This document shows positions 38,726 to 53,615 of a stretch of DNA of 64,000 nt, piece after piece (positions within the stretch are counted from its first letter, which is position 1; each line of letters begins with the position of its first letter). The position numbers and the translations under genes were made by a program. The notes under the pieces were generated by a model. The model did not search any database and was not told the origin of the DNA. It saw nothing but the letters and a program-made list of their open reading frames with translations. This DNA comes from Octopus bimaculoides (taxonomy: Eukaryota), in NCBI RefSeq assembly GCF_001194135.2, contig NC_068984.1:72042868-72106867 (forward strand), in the 5' to 3' direction.

Positions 38726-41700
38726 TGAAGTGATTTTATTATGATTATAGTGAATATAGATCTATCAGTGATTGTGGCGATGATTTAAAAATCTGATAAT
38801 CTGATGAAGAAAATATGTTTTTTTTCATTGTTTCAAACCTCGCCCGGCTCTGAAGCTAAATCTTTTAAGTTGAAATATGATTAAAAGATTCTCTCTGACA
38901 TTGTCGTCTTTTCTTTATTAATTTATATATGTCCATGTTATTAGCATTTATTCGATTTACTTATGAAGTTTATTGTTTACGTTTACGTGTTTTACAAACA
39001 GCTTAAGATAAATTCAAGTTTTATGAATTTTGCTGCTTCGATAGAAAATCAAATGATAATTGAAGTAAGTTGTCTGGACAAATCTGATATAAGTTCCAAG
39101 TAAATTTTCTTTGTATAGAAAAGAATAAGAAAACAAATTGTAAAAAGTTATGTTGAACAATATATATCTTCTTCAAAATCTTTGGTAGCGGGAATATATA
39201 TAACGTGTGTGCGCGCGCACGATTGCGAGTGTATGTCTGTAAAATAAAGGAAGAATCCTGACACATGTGCAAGAATACACGCACACAAACTTACACACAT
39301 ATGGCTATATATGAATATTGTATATTCTTCAACGAACGATGTTTCAAAGTTAGTTCTTTCTCTTACTAACATATAAATATACTTAATCATATGTTTTCTG
39401 ATAGTATTAATTTAATTACATTTTTAGATTTATGATACTATGTACATTATTGCTTTAACGGAGTACTTTAATGTAATTTATTAGTCATTCTTCAAATATC
39501 AATAAATAACTCTGTACGTGTACTAAACGGAATTATCTGTATTTAGATATACAAGGAAAAAAATTAAAATAAATTGCCAGTGTAGTGAGAGTCTGTTTAT
39601 TTTCTGCCAAAATGTTAAATACTTTAATTCAGGTAATGAACATCTTCGATTTTGATGCGAAGGACATGTAAATGATAGCAGCACGATTCGTATGAAGTAA
39701 ACGACTTATCACCCTGAGTTGGAAAACCTCAAAGACACTGCTTTTTACACAAATATATAGTTAAAAACACAGGCATCCATCATAAGTTGTTTTGTATTTT
39801 TCTGCCCTTTCTTGTCTTAATTTCTTTTCTATTTGTTGGTGAGGAACTGTCAGGATTTGTATATTAGATTTAGATTTATCGTCTAATTGGGATTGTTATT
39901 TTGTTAATTTTTATATGTACTAGTAGAAAAAGATTATTATATAAAATTGTTCTTGAAAAAGTTGTTCTTTATCAAAATAGTCAAGACAAGAGTTACCCTT
40001 ATCGGATCTGATGAGTGTTTATATTTTCTCTTCTATTCCAATAATGATTGCAAATCTTTTGACAGACAGAATTGTGCAAATACTGTGAACTGCGAGAGAG
40101 TTGCTCAGTAGAGATAGTGTGAATTAAACTTAAGCAAATCTCAGTTGTTCCAATTTAAAAGACGTTCCGCAAAACAATAACTTGCCTGTTTCTAGATGTG
40201 ATGTAACAAGAAATATTCACTAAGTGAATATAGCATTTACAACTTACTAAATTAGGCATAAGATGCTAAAACAAAAATCGACAGAACTATGAAATCGCTT
40301 TCACTCTCAAATGACGGGAAAAAAAAATCTTGCCCAGAGAGTTAATATGCCATGTATTCAATGTCATGATGATGAAGTACTTACAAAACACGCCTTAACA
40401 CCACCGTTGGAAAAATGAATGTACGTTGTACAACAAAATTGTATATTATTTAAAATTTAAACAGTAAATTAAAAATAAATTATTAAACGTACAATATCCA
40501 GAGGAGAATGTTGAAATTTTTTAGATGCATCATTCATTATACAGCAAATTTCTTCGTAAGAAATATTCCTTTGGGAAATATATACATAGATGAGAAGAAG
40601 CATCTGCAAGTTGTCATGTTGCGTTGCTATCTATTAAAGACAATCTCCTTCATCTTACTAATTTCTCATAGGAATCTTTTAGTAAATGACTGATGTATTT
40701 TTGTCGTAAACGTGATAAAGATGTTATCTAGAATTATCGCGCTAAATATTGAAATCATTTTCTTCATTTATTTGATTCTTCTCTCCTGACATGTTTTAAA
40801 TATAGTTTATGTAAGTATCTATACATACATATCTACATTCATAAATACATACACACGTAAGTGCGTGTGTGTGTACTTATATATGTATAATACATATGTA
40901 CATATATATGCCTATATATGTGTACATATATATATACGCATACATACATATGTATGCACACACATGCATACATACATAGATATATACATACATGCATACA
41001 TGCACAGATGTATCTGTATATGTATGTATGTGTGTGATATGCTGTTTTCATTTAATGGCTATATTTGAAACTACCCTTGATATTTTAGAAAAATTCTTTT
41101 TTCTAAACGTCTGTAATATTTCATTTGTGTTTTGCGAATCAAGTCTAAAATCAAAGCCTGACAGATTTTCTTTTAGGTTAGCTTTAATCCGAGTTGATTT
41201 ACTTTAGTTCGCTCATATCATTTCGTGTTTTATTATATTTATCTCCCACCACAACCTTTCCCTTTTCTTTTTCTTTTCGACTTGCCTCATGTTTTCCTTA
41301 TTCTTTCATGTTAAGTGTTTTTATGTAGCGTGTTTATTATACACTGTAAACATACAGCCATGTGTGTGTGTGTCTTATTCTATGTGTGAATATTAATACC
41401 TCGTATGTAAGATAGTGTTTCTTCTGTGTGCAATAATTTACTAACTTCATACAACGAAGAAACAAACCCAAGTTTGTTTCGTTTCCTGAATTGGTTTTGT
41501 ATTTGTTTATGTTCAGTTCTTAAACTGTAGAGAAAGTTTACATTATTTTAATTCTTTCGACCAGTTGCAGGCTAGTTAAAATGCCATTCATCAGCAACTT
41601 AATTTCGTGTTCAACTCCATTGCAGAGGCATGTCGACACGTGCCTTTTACTATATAGCTCCAAAGTGGTCAATGCTTCATTAAATTATCCGGTAGATGGG

Positions 41701-42074
41701 AACTCGGTGGAACACAAATGTGTGTCTATGTGTTTGTCTGTGAGCGCCTCTGACTTTGTTTTGTGTTCGTGTATATGTGCAAAGTAAATGCATCAACAAA
41801 ACACGTAGCCACGGGACAGCTATGGGGGGGCTTAGCCCCGCTAGTTAGTATTTCAGCCCCTCAGAATTTGTTTTATTCACTCTTAGGAGAATACATTATC
41901 TGGTTGTGTTAGTAGACAGTTGAAAAATATAGTTTAAGCGAAAAAGAAAAATACAGAAAAATGCTTCTTCACATACCTATTGTGGACAATTTTATTAAAT
42001 TTTAGACACTTTTGCGACAGTTGGTTGCTTTGATTTATGTGCAAATTCAAGTGTGTGTGTGTGCGTGCGCGCGC

Positions 42075-42110
<36 letters not shown>

Positions 42111-43606
42111 GTACGTGTGTGTGTGTGTGTGTTTGCGATCGCGAGTGGTGTACTGTAGAACGGGTCAGTAAAGTGTTTGTTATACCTGTAATTATTGTGG
42201 TGGTATTTTTTGTTGCTGCTGTAGTAGAATTGCTTGGTGGGTAACAATTGGAATCTGAAAAGTTGACCGTTTCATTAAGTAGGTCATCACTTGTGGTTGA
42301 ATGAAGGTGTGTTGGAGGTTGAGCCTGGGTCAGTTGTCGTTGCTGTTTTGGTGCTTGTCGTTATTGTTGCTATGGTAGTTGTTGTTGCTGTGGTGGTAGT
42401 GGTTGCTATTGAAAAGTATTTGAAGAGAAAACAGGTTGCTGTTGTTGCCGTGGTCGTTGTTGTTGCTGCTGCTGCTGTGGTGGTGGTGGTGGTGGTGGTT
42501 AGAGAGGGATTTATGGTACTAGTAAAGCATCCATACACACTCATGTATATGAACAGATATAAGAATTAACAAGTTATTTTATTCCGACAAGTCAAAGAAT
42601 TATTATCGAGTTTGTGAATTCTCGAAAAAGGTAAAAAAACAAAAATTTGGGATCTTTGGGGTTTGACGGGCAACATGTTTTATGTAGTGTTGTTGGTACC
42701 GAAACACTTTCAAACTTCATATACTTGTATATTTTGTGGTATAGAACAGATAAAAAAATTTGTATTCAAAGTTATTTCACGTTAAAAATTGTCTTATTTC
42801 GATAATTTCAACTAATCACTGACGTCTATTCAGTTGAAAACAGTTAGCGCTGTAACGGTGTATATCGTATTAATCCCCGTTAGTTCTGACATTTCCGATT
42901 AACTAGACTGTTCGTAAACAAAGGGGAAAAAGCCATCAAAATACTTGAATATTGCCTGCACTTGTTATTGGAGCTACCAGAATTATTAATGCACCTCCAA
43001 GTGCTTCATTTCCTAGAAATAGCAGCCAAATCTTCTTTNNNNNNNNNNNNNNNNNNNNNNNNNNNNNNNNNNNNNNNNNNNNNNNNNNNNNNNNNNNNNN
43101 NNNNNNNNNNNNNNNNNNNNNNNNNNNNNNNNNNNNNNNNNNNNNNNNNNNNNNNNNNNNNNNNNNNNNNNNNNNNNNNNNNNNNNNNNNNNNNNNNNNN
43201 NNNNNNNNNNNNNNNNNNNNNNNNNNNNNNNNNNNNNNNNNNNNNNNNNNNNNNNNNNNNNNNNNNNNNNNNNNNNNNNNNNNNNNNNNNNNNNNNNNNN
43301 NNNNNNNNNNNNNNNNNNNNNNNNNNNNNNNNNNNNNNNNNNNNNNNNNNNNNNNNNNNNNNNNNNNNNNNNNNNNNNNNNNNNNNNNNNNNNNNNNNNN
43401 NNNNNNNNNNNNNNNNNNNNNNNNNNNNNNNNNNNNNNNNNNNNNNNNNNNNNNNNNNNNNNNNNNNNNNNNNNNNNNNNNNNNNNNNNNNNNNNNTGGT
43501 ACCTTACGTTTACAATTTGAAATTTTCTAAAAATATACATTCGGAAAGGCTTTTTCAGCTGAGAAGATTCACAAAATAATTTTTTGTTTTGTCAAGAAAT
43601 TACTCG

Positions 43607-44037
43607 GTAATTTCCGTGAGCACGTGATGGCTTCTCAACTGTCAATTAACGTATCGAAGTGGAAAGAGAAAGCTAATAGATTATACGTGCGTACGTGCTT
43701 GTTACTCAGTGTGTGTGTGTGAGAGGTGTGCTTGTTCTTTTTTGTGTGTGCTTGTCTGTTTGTGTGCGTGCTTGTTCTTGTGTGTGTGTGTGAATGTGTG
43801 TGTGTGTGCGCGTGCGTGCTTGTTCCTCTGTGTGTGTTTGCTTTCTACAGCACATAAATACATGAAAATAGAAGCACACACATACACAAACACAGGTACA
43901 AGCCCGGATACAAACAAGAACGACCAAGCACGCACACACACACACACACACATGAACAAGCCCGCAGGCACGTAAAACCCATTAGCGTTCTCTTTCCACT
44001 AACAATTGACAAGACAACACGTGCTCACGGAAATTAC
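43607..44037. mobile_element. Foldback MITE with long TIRs and inverted (TG)n/(CA)n interior
   Basis: gtaatttccgtgagcacgtg...agtggaaagagaa.gctaat...tacgtgc...gcttgtt at the left end is mirrored by aacaagc...gcacgta...attagcgttctctttccact...cacgtgctcacggaaattac at the right end; TA follows the right end. Confidence 0.8.
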
Positions 44038-44670
44038 TAATTTGTAGACAAAATACGAGTCTACAGCATAGACATCAGCGGCACAGACATCAGTGAACCA
44101 CAACAACGCAGCGTGTGGTTGTCATGGTGACAATCTGCTAATGCCATTCTGTCTGTTGATTGGCTAAAATTACCCAAATTCCACAACTTTAATGTCAAAT
44201 AACATCAGATTCTTTAATTTACGAGATAATGTAATTAGTTGTTTGCAATCGAAATTCAGAGTTGCATCGATACAACAAAATAGAAAGCAAGCTGAGCAAA
44301 ATTAGTGGGGGGGGGGCTCATTTTTCGAATTAGAAAGACTAGATCCATAGATCCATTTTAAGAAATTGTTACACCTACTACGATTTTCTGCCTTAGAATT
44401 ATTGCGAATCTCAGTGCCCACGCAGATGGTTTTGAAGCCATTCTAAGCACAAAGTCGGACCCGAATACAAAACTTGAGTACTGAGCCTAAAATTTATAAA
44501 TATATAAAACTTGGTTTCTTATGCCACAAACGCCTCGCCCTGTTGTTACATATACATATAATACAGTATTAAGTGTTGGTAAAATCGTTTTTATTCAACC
44601 GACACTAGTGTAAGATCACTCAACGAGATATACCTTTAAAGCCAGTGTACTACGGAGTGTCAATACAATA

Positions 44671-45648
44671 ATGAATCGCTACCGAAAAAGAAAACTGAAG
44701 CAGTCATTGCTGAATATCCATTCTGATGCATCTAATGCTAAACAGAAGAGAATTGCAAACGAAGACGTTTCTCAGCTCAAGGAAGGTTTTGCAGAGTCTT
44801 TGATACCCTCATTTCATGATCTAGGACAGGTCGACTGCCAACCAGTACAGCCAGTTCTAGCAAATATAGATTCCAAGATTTATGGAAATCAGAAATGTGA
44901 CTTCTCCTCAAGCTAGCATACCGGGCCGTCCATGGTTATACTCTTTCAAAGAAAGCCTTGTGTTGTTTTACTTGTTGACACTTCTGCTCAAGCGGATATT
45001 TGCTTTATGAAAGATGAACATTCTAACTGGCATCGTGCAAAAAGAAACAAAAAAGAAACAAAGGTTTAAGTATGCACGCAAACTCTGCAGCCCATATCCA
45101 AGCTACGGTAACATGGAGGGAACGCCAACAGCATTTATCTACAACAACATCCGTGTCTTCAATTTTGCCTATTGATCAATTGAGCAAAAACCATTACTAT
45201 ATCAATTCAGTTGTTGATATTGTGCATTTTCTATGCGCAAACGGATTGCCTTTTCGGGGAAACGAAAATGAAGCTTTTGAGGATCTTTATTCGGAAGATG
45301 AGACGCGCAGCCTTGTGGTCGTTTTATGAAATTATCCCAGTACACATTGAGAAATATTCAAAGCTAAAGGAATGTTACAGCACGATTCCAAAAAATGCGA
45401 TCTATACTTCTGCAGCAATGCAAAACGAAATCATCGAATTGTTGAGAAGATACATTGTCAGCCTTATCGATGAAATAAATTATCCCGATGTTCCTTGCTT
45501 TACGCTGAAATGGACGGAACGCGTGATTTGAGTAATACTAGAACTATTGTGATTGTTATTAGGTACATGAAAAATTGCAGGTTTCTGGAATACTTAGTTG
45601 CAATGCCATCTATTCAACATTGTGATGCTGAAACATTGGCCGTATAGA
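44671..45648 (+). mobile_element. hAT transposase 5' portion (TTF-type zinc finger plus DUF4371/ZMYM1-like), decayed
   Basis: DLGQVDCQPVQPVL...YGNQKCDFSSS*..RPWL; ANSAAHIQA; VVDIVHFLCANGLPFRG; TIPKNAIYTSAAMQNEIIELLR; MDGTRDLSNT..IRYM (first catalytic D). Confidence 0.85.
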
Positions 45649-46334
45649 CATTCAGTATTTCTTTTATACTCCGAAAGAGTGAAAGCCAAGTTCGTATAGG
45701 TCTCTGTGTGGAAGCTACCAGATTATAATGACATATGGTGAAGAATTCCTGTATATTCTCAACAGGTATGCTATGTTTTGGATGGATGGCCGGATATTGG
45801 CAAATCATATATGAAGATTTCCGACAGACATGTTTCCTTTACTTTGGCATGACACATCTTGGCTTTCTATGTTTATCTTCAACAATTCCAGAATAATTTT
45901 TACGAAGAAGTGTAAATACAGACAGTATTAAGGTAAATTTGATGAATTTATTTCATTATATTATATGAAATTAATGTTAATATATTCGCATTAAGGTCAT
46001 TACTGAAAATATTTAAGGTATTCAAATATAGATAATCCACAAAGCAAATATGGTTTATGCTATATAAATACGGTTTTTAATACATATATTGTAAAACAAA
46101 CACTTAAGTACTGGATTTTGTAAACTATTCGTTATCTATAATATATAGGTAAATAAAACAATAGAGTGAATATTGTATCTTTAAGAAATATAATATTCGA
46201 AATATTTAGGTAACCACTATTCGTTTTCCCTTCTAAGTTCTTTAAACGTAAAAATGTCCGGTGAAATAAATCGGCTGCTATATTAAGTTTAAATAATGCA
46301 TAAATGATAAATGATATATGCATACATAGAGATA

Positions 46335-46381
46335 GAGGGACAGACAGACAAACAGACTGGGAGACTTATAAATTGACAGAC

Positions 46382-46458
<77 letters not shown>

Positions 46459-46479
46459 ACTGACAGACAACTGACAGAC

Positions 46480-46517
<38 letters not shown>

Positions 46518-46545
46518 TTAGATAGATAGATAGATAGATAGATAG
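46335..46545. repeat. (GACA)n/(GATA)n microsatellite
   Basis: Directly visible. Confidence 0.95.
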
Positions 46546-48739
46546 AAATGCATACATAAGTTGAATTGAGCGTAAATTGTGTATTTAATATTATGTGACT
46601 TAATGCTTGCGTCATATTTGAAGAAATACTTATAAATCTATAGTTTGAAGAACGTAAGTGTGCTAGCTAGAAGTAACTTTGCGCACCTCCTGTGTTGCTC
46701 CTTTACATAGCATCGTTAGTGTCGTGTGTGTTCCACAAAAAGAGAGACCCCAAAGTTACAAGTTAAAAGATTTTAATATCTATATAAAAAAGCAAAATAT
46801 AGAAAAGGTTTCACTAACGTTGTCTTTAGAAAGATTTTTATTGATTAATATATGGCTAAAGTATATGTGATTTATTCGTTGTGATGGAATGATACTTAGG
46901 TATTTACAAAAAACAGACTACATATTTAGATAAAAAATGAAATGTAGTATATATACACGCATAGATATAGGTGTATAGTAACAGTCTTTCGATCAGATAT
47001 CAGTTATGGATATATGAGGGTGTATTTAAAAAAACAAATATCTACTTCAATATCTTTGAGAATTATATAGTAGATATTCTGCCTGATTGTGCTTATCGGA
47101 CTTAGCCCAACAGGTATTAATAGGAATGAGAGAAATTATTCTTAAAATACCAATATTCTAAACATACAAATGAAGTTTAACATATCCAATTCCTCAATAC
47201 TAAATTTATTTCTGAGATGGAATACGCCCTTCAAATAGTCAAATGAATATAATTATTATCTGAAATTCAGTGTAGAATAAATGCTTTTTAAAAATGATAG
47301 TGATATCTTCTGAAAGATAGGGTGAAAAAAGCAAAATAAGTAATGTACAGAATAGTGTTCATTTTGTTAGTAGATTAAGTTTTGTAAGCACATAAAAGTA
47401 TTGATAACAAAATGGACATTTGGAGAAAATAAATTGTTGTTACTATAAGTAAATTCCATTAACGAAATTTTAGCAATGAAGAAAATAGAAAGATAATTTC
47501 TTTCAAATCAAGAAGTTATTGATATATTTCGCCACTCGTTGGTAATTCAATTCTAGATTTTACAATAAAATGTAAGGCGTCATTCATAATAACAGTTGAA
47601 TTATTTGCTACGGTGAATCATCGTGCCCGATTCTGCGTTTAAATATTAGTAACTGGCGCTTTATGAGACAGTAAAGCTTTAACGAAATGGCTGTTCGAAG
47701 TATTACGTCTCTGACTACATTGTTATGAGAGGAGATATGAATACCGCCATGTTTTGTGCGTGTAGGTCAAGGTGGAAAACTTTTAGCGTAATTATTTTTA
47801 TGTAGAGAAATCCATTTATTCCAAAATCTTTTCATAAGAGATACAGCAGAATTTAGATATATACGCACATATTCTTTGCTTCTATCAACATTACACATAG
47901 CTCTTGCATCATTCATCTAGTCTTTTAAACTTTAGTGCTGGTAGTGTACAAAAGAATATTAAATAAATACAACAAACTGAATGAAAACGCTTGTATATTT
48001 TGAGACATAAATATAGAGAATAATCATAGACACAGAGTATAACTACTCTAATAATAGATAGAGAATTTATGTATATTACGAACACAAAACTAATGTATGA
48101 CAAAACAATGTACGTTTTTGTTATAAATGGGGTGAAAATTAGTAAAGGAAGCAGCATGTGGACATTGAAACGATTTTATTTCAAACAGTGCAACCTTTTA
48201 CATAAAATCTATTATTCGCTACCTTCCTTGCAATTAAATATTTACAAAAATATTCGACGTTAGATATAGATATATTTTAATAATTCATTTCTCGAGAAAA
48301 ACTTTAAAATTCGAAGATCATGTTGTTCGAGTTAAGTTATATTTCTCCCTTAAATAACGCCTCATTGTTCATCCCACACATCACGAGTTTCAGAAATAGC
48401 TTCAAATTCTGATTATCGTATTTCTTTCAAAGAAAGCAACATCATAAATTTGAATAGGTTAATGCTTTACTTGAAAGTTTCCGTATGAAGGATTTAAAAG
48501 CATTTAATTCATTGTACTGTAGTTAAATTTGATGTGAAATTTAAACACAAATGCATATTGTACAGTTAAGCCGACAGTCATTTCGAAGTAACGCGCAGAG
48601 AAACATATACACATGCATACAACATGCATACAAACAAATATGTGTGTGTGTGTGTGTGCATACGGACAGACACACAAACATGCACAGAGAGAGAGAGAGT
48701 AAAGAAGAGCAATATTATATATTAGTTTATAATTTAGCG

Positions 48740-48880
48740 CATAACCAGTAATTTCGGGTGAGGCGTAAGTCGATTCCATCGAACCCAGTCCCCCACTAGT
48801 ACTTATTGTGTCGACTGCGAAATTAGAAAGTGCAATTCGAACTCGGTGAAATATAAACTCTGACCGTGATCACAGACGAA
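48740..48880 (-). mobile_element. Degenerate SINE family A fragment
   Basis: gtaagtcgattccatcgaacccagt...tagtacttatt.tgtcgac...ttcgaactc resembles the reverse complement of family A. Confidence 0.55.
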
Positions 48881-49179
48881 ATGCAGGTAATTATTTTCCT
48901 GGTGTGCTGACGATACTGACCAGTAACCACCTTAGTNNNNNNNNNNNNNNNNNNNNNNNNNNNNNNNNNNNNNNNNNNNNNNNNNNNNNNNNNNNNNNNN
49001 NNNNNNNNNNNNNNNNNNNNNNNNNNNNNNNNNNNNNNNNNNNNNNNNNNNNNNNNNNNNNNNNNNNNNNNNNNNNNNNNNNNNNNNNNNNNNNNNNNNN
49101 NNNNNNNNNNNNNNNNNNNNNNNNNNNNNNNNNNNNNNNNNNNNNNNNNNNNNNNNNNNNNNNNNNTATATATATATAA

Positions 49180-49575
49180 ATGCAAGTAGCTTGCTTACCA
49201 ACCACATGGTTCCGGGTTCAGTACCACTGCGTGGCACCTTGGGCAAGTGTTTTCTACTATAGCGTCGAGCCGACCAAAGCCTTGTAAGTGGATTTGGTAG
49301 ACGGAAACTGAAAGAAGCCCGTCATATATATGTATATATATGTGTGTGTGTGCATGTTTGTGTGTGTCCATGTTTGTGTGTCTGTGTTTGTCGACCCAAC
49401 ATTGCTTGATAAGGGATGCTAGTGTGTTTACGTCCCTGTGACTGAGCGGTTCGGCATAAGAGACCGATAGAATAAGTACTAGGCTTACAAAGTGTAAGTC
49501 CTGGGGTCGATTTGCTCGATTAAAGGCGGTGCTCCAGCATGGCCACAGTAAAATGACTGAAACAACTGAAAGAGA
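49180..49575 (+). mobile_element. Near full-length SINE family B
   Basis: agcttgcttaccaaccacatggttccgggttcagtaccactgcgtggcaccttgggcaagtg...gaaagaagcccgtc-(TA/TG)n-...aataagtactaggcttacaaag...ggcggtgctccagcatggccacag. Confidence 0.85.
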
Positions 49576-50610
49576 AAGAGTTAAAGAGAGAGTTATTTTA
49601 TGCAGTCAAAATTTTGCTGGGAACATGGCTCACAGAACATCTTATCACACTGCTTTCAATATTGTTGTTGAGTATTTCACATCCTAGGAAACAATAGGTA
49701 AATATGTAGTGCTTATCATTTACACAGCAGTGACATTCTTCTATATTAGGTGTCCCTCTTTTGAGCTCGATTGGAAAGCTTTTTTGACAATTTGACTTAT
49801 TATTTTGCAAATTATGTCTAAAATGGTTCAATTTTCTCATAAGTTCTAGGGCAATCCGCCCTAACAATAATGACAGAAACTAAATTGTTAAATGCGTTTC
49901 CCCAACAAGTTTTATGATGCGAAACATATTTTCAATCATCGTAGATGTGTGTCTGTAAATCTTGGTTTTATATGGTGAGTAATATTTAAAATAAATTAAA
50001 AATCGTGGATCAAAATAATGGAGAAAAGAAGAGGTTCATATATAGTGCAACGATACATTTCAAATAAAATTTCTGATTAGTATAAACAATAAAGTAATTA
50101 ATACAATGAGACTAATGTAGCCAGCTGCGTTGAAATTAGGAAATAAAAGTCGCAGGTTCAATTTAGGCATAAATATTTGAAATACATCATGTTCAGCCAT
50201 TCTTAAATGATACGCATTTCCATAATATATATTCATCTTTTTGGTTGGTGAGAACGCTGTAAAACAGAGGGTCATCTTTTAAGATAGATAACAAAACCAT
50301 ATCACAATAAAGAATAAGTGGTTTTCTATCACTTGATATTGTTATATTTGCACTGTTCATAAAAGAATGGTGTGTCAAAACAAAAGCTAATAATCTCATA
50401 CCACGCAAGCGTTACTCTGCCAGCAGTCAGTTCAATAACAGCTCGCTGACATTTGTGACATCATTTGAATTGTAGATTTACAGTCTACTGATTACATAAA
50501 TAAATATCACACAAAGTGGCAACAACTGTCACTTTTCTCCTTATATCATTCTGTTACTTTAATGTTTGTATATATATGTTATTTTCAGTGCTGAAATCAT
50601 GATTATCAAT

Positions 50611-51066
<456 letters not shown>

Positions 51067-51112
51067 TTGTCATCTGCTGGTGGTGGTGGTGGTGGCGGCA
51101 GCGGCAGTAGTT

Positions 51113-51175
<63 letters not shown>

Positions 51176-51519
51176 TCCATTATTAGCTGACCGTATTAAA
51201 ATGTCTATCCTGAGATAGACAGTATTTTTTTCACATTTGCTGTTCCCGAAATCCTGTCTCTTGCAATGTCGTAATACTGGGAATGATTGCAATTGTAACA
51301 AGGTGTTTCTGAATTATTTTCGTGACTGACCTAAGCGCTCGATAATAAAGATCTCCTTTGGTATCGTTTGGTTTGCGTTTAAAAGTTTAATGTAGACTAA
51401 ACCTTTCGTATCCCACTAAACAGATAACAGCAACTTACGTGTGCGGAGACCTTTTTAGCTTGGGATGTTGGTGTTTCTCCTTTCTCTATCCACTCTCTTC
51501 GGCGCTTGACATTTTTATA

Positions 51520-51902
51520 GTGAACCCATTTCTCGTCACCTGTCGCTATTCAGTCAAAAAAGGTTCAATCGTGCGACGTGACAGCAAAGAAGAGCAAACA
51601 TCTATTCACTTCGCGCGATTAGACTCGGAAAGATTCTGAGGAACCCATTGATTCAAAAGCAGGTGTCGAAGACTGGTTGAATGACAAAATCCAAGCTTCT
51701 CGCTAGTTCCTCAACAGTTACGATGGGAGTTTGTTCCGACAGTGTTTGGAGGACGTCTTCATCAAGCTCTACAGATCTTCCAGGACGAGGCTCATGTTCT
51801 AGGCTGTAGTTTCCAATCCCCAAATGCTGCATTAGTATTCCTCACACTTTCTGTTGTGTTACTACCTTTATCGAAATCGTAAAGGAAAATATGCCGAATA
51901 TG
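51520..51902 (-). mobile_element. mariner transposase N-terminal fragment, same family as 27013-28093
   Basis: HIRHIFLYDFDKGSNTTESVRN; GNYSLEHEPRPGRSVELDEDVLQTL; QWVPQNLSESNRA..VCSSLLSR..EPFL. Confidence 0.85.
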
Positions 51903-53409
51903 GTGGCGGTGGTTGTGCTGGTGCTGCTGGTGCTGCTGGTGTTGTTTAAAGGCCTTATTTTCAAGTAACCTTGTATGGCTTTTCCAACTTCGTTACGGGT
52001 TGGCGTAATTTGACCTTCAGAATTATGAGAAACACTTTTGTTGCTAGGAATTTAGTGTAACTAATTAATGTTTCTTCCCAACTGAACACTGTCTATTGAG
52101 CTATACATTAACATGTTCAGCTGTTCAATTAATTTGAAGCGTCATTATCTTCTACCAATAGTAATTCAAAGGCAGATAATAAAATATCTGCTTCTAATTT
52201 GAAATAAAATGTTATGTATTGCACAAGGTAGGATAGTTGAATTTAAGACATCAGTTCACTTATATGTCAGATGAATCAACCAGAGATTGATATGATAAAT
52301 CTGTGACGGCAAAGTGAACAAATGTAGATAATTGTCTCGATTTACAGACATTTGATTCATTCATACACAAACAAGAAGCTGCGGAGTCGATAAATATATT
52401 TAATGAGAATGTGTAGCGACAGTTTCTAATGAGAACAGCAATACATCTTATATCTAGACCAGCAAGGGCAAAATTAATGTTTTATTTATAATACTTTTGC
52501 CATTGTCTTCAAGATGCAGCTCATAATATATCAATCTATATCAGAGAGGTCGTTTGTGAGTGCTTGGCTTTTATCAGTATATTTACCAAACATGTAAATA
52601 AAAACTTGTGGCGCAGAATAATGACGACAACATTTTTCAATAGATATCGTAAGTGTAAAGAACGTTGTATAAAGATATAATGATAATTCTTTGTAATCTA
52701 TGGCAGAAGGCCAGTCATCGATGAAGACCTCCGAAGGGAAAGAAAGTGTCAGAGCATAACGTGGACTGACCACTTGAGGGCTTTTAACTATTCTTAACAC
52801 TTGAATCTTGGAAATACCAGCCATGAGTAAGGTAACACCAGCAATAATAGAATATATAGAATATGCCATATGTAAACATCAAAGTGGTTTGTAGTTTCTA
52901 TCAAAGGAAGGAATTAGAACAGTAATATTCCAAAGAGAGTCTGACAGGCACTAATGCTCTTTACCAATATGCAATACAAAACTTGATAAAGATATAACAA
53001 TCAACAATCTCTTGTACATGGATTATCAGAAGTCGATTGCTGCAAATGATAAACAACTGGGAACACTACACAGGGAGTAGACGGATTTGCTGCAAAAATC
53101 AATATGAGATTCGCCGAGGTAATAGCACTAAATAAATTTTGAAGTGAAGGAAACTAATTAAAAACAAAAATATCGTATTAGATACATAAACTAAAATAAG
53201 AGAACTAAACCAAATCAGAGGTCAAAATACTAAGAAGTCAATGTACAATAAAGAGCAAACCAAGACCTCCTGCTAGAAAACATAAGGAAGGGATAGTAAA
53301 GGTGAAATAGATTGATACTTCAAACAGCAGAATGCTAAAGACAGTGTATGTAATAAGCATGAATATTTTCTAGCTATCCCTGCCATAGGTTACAGTTATA
53401 ATACTATTT

Positions 53410-53615
53410 TCAAGGTTGGTACAATGGAAATAATTTACGGGTGGGTTAAGTCGATTGAATCGACCCCAGCTCACATCTGGTAATTATTTTATCTATCTCG
53501 AAGGATGAAATATAATGTCGCCCACTGCGGAATTTGATCCCTGAACGTAAATGTGGGCGAAAAGCAGCAATGCATTTTCCCTGCGTGGTAACGAAACTAC
53601 CACCTCGCCGCCTTT
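53410..53615 (-). mobile_element. Degenerate full-length SINE family A
   Basis: aagtcgattgaatcgaccccag...ttttatctatctcgaaggatgaa...gcggaatttgatccctgaacg...cacctcgccgcctt. Confidence 0.65.

Noticed and set aside
40008-40020. Isolated CTGATGA
   Set aside because: No stem II or downstream GAAA; a 7-mer is expected several times by chance in 64 kb.
41803-41870. G-rich hAT-like terminus (cgtagccacggg...gggggggcttagcccc) as the left end of the 44671 hAT element
   Set aside because: No matching right TIR or 8-bp TSD could be found.
44125-44170. RFX X-box-like gttgtcatggtgac plus a CCAAT box
   Set aside because: It appears to lie in an interspersed repeat, and short motifs alone do not show regulatory function.
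52531-52869. 112-aa minus-strand ORF with a hydrophobic N-terminus
   Set aside because: No recognisable domain. The plus strand has a weak RTE-like C-terminal pattern (RRERKCQSITWTDHL), so it may be antisense to a decayed LINE. Neither reading is supported well enough.
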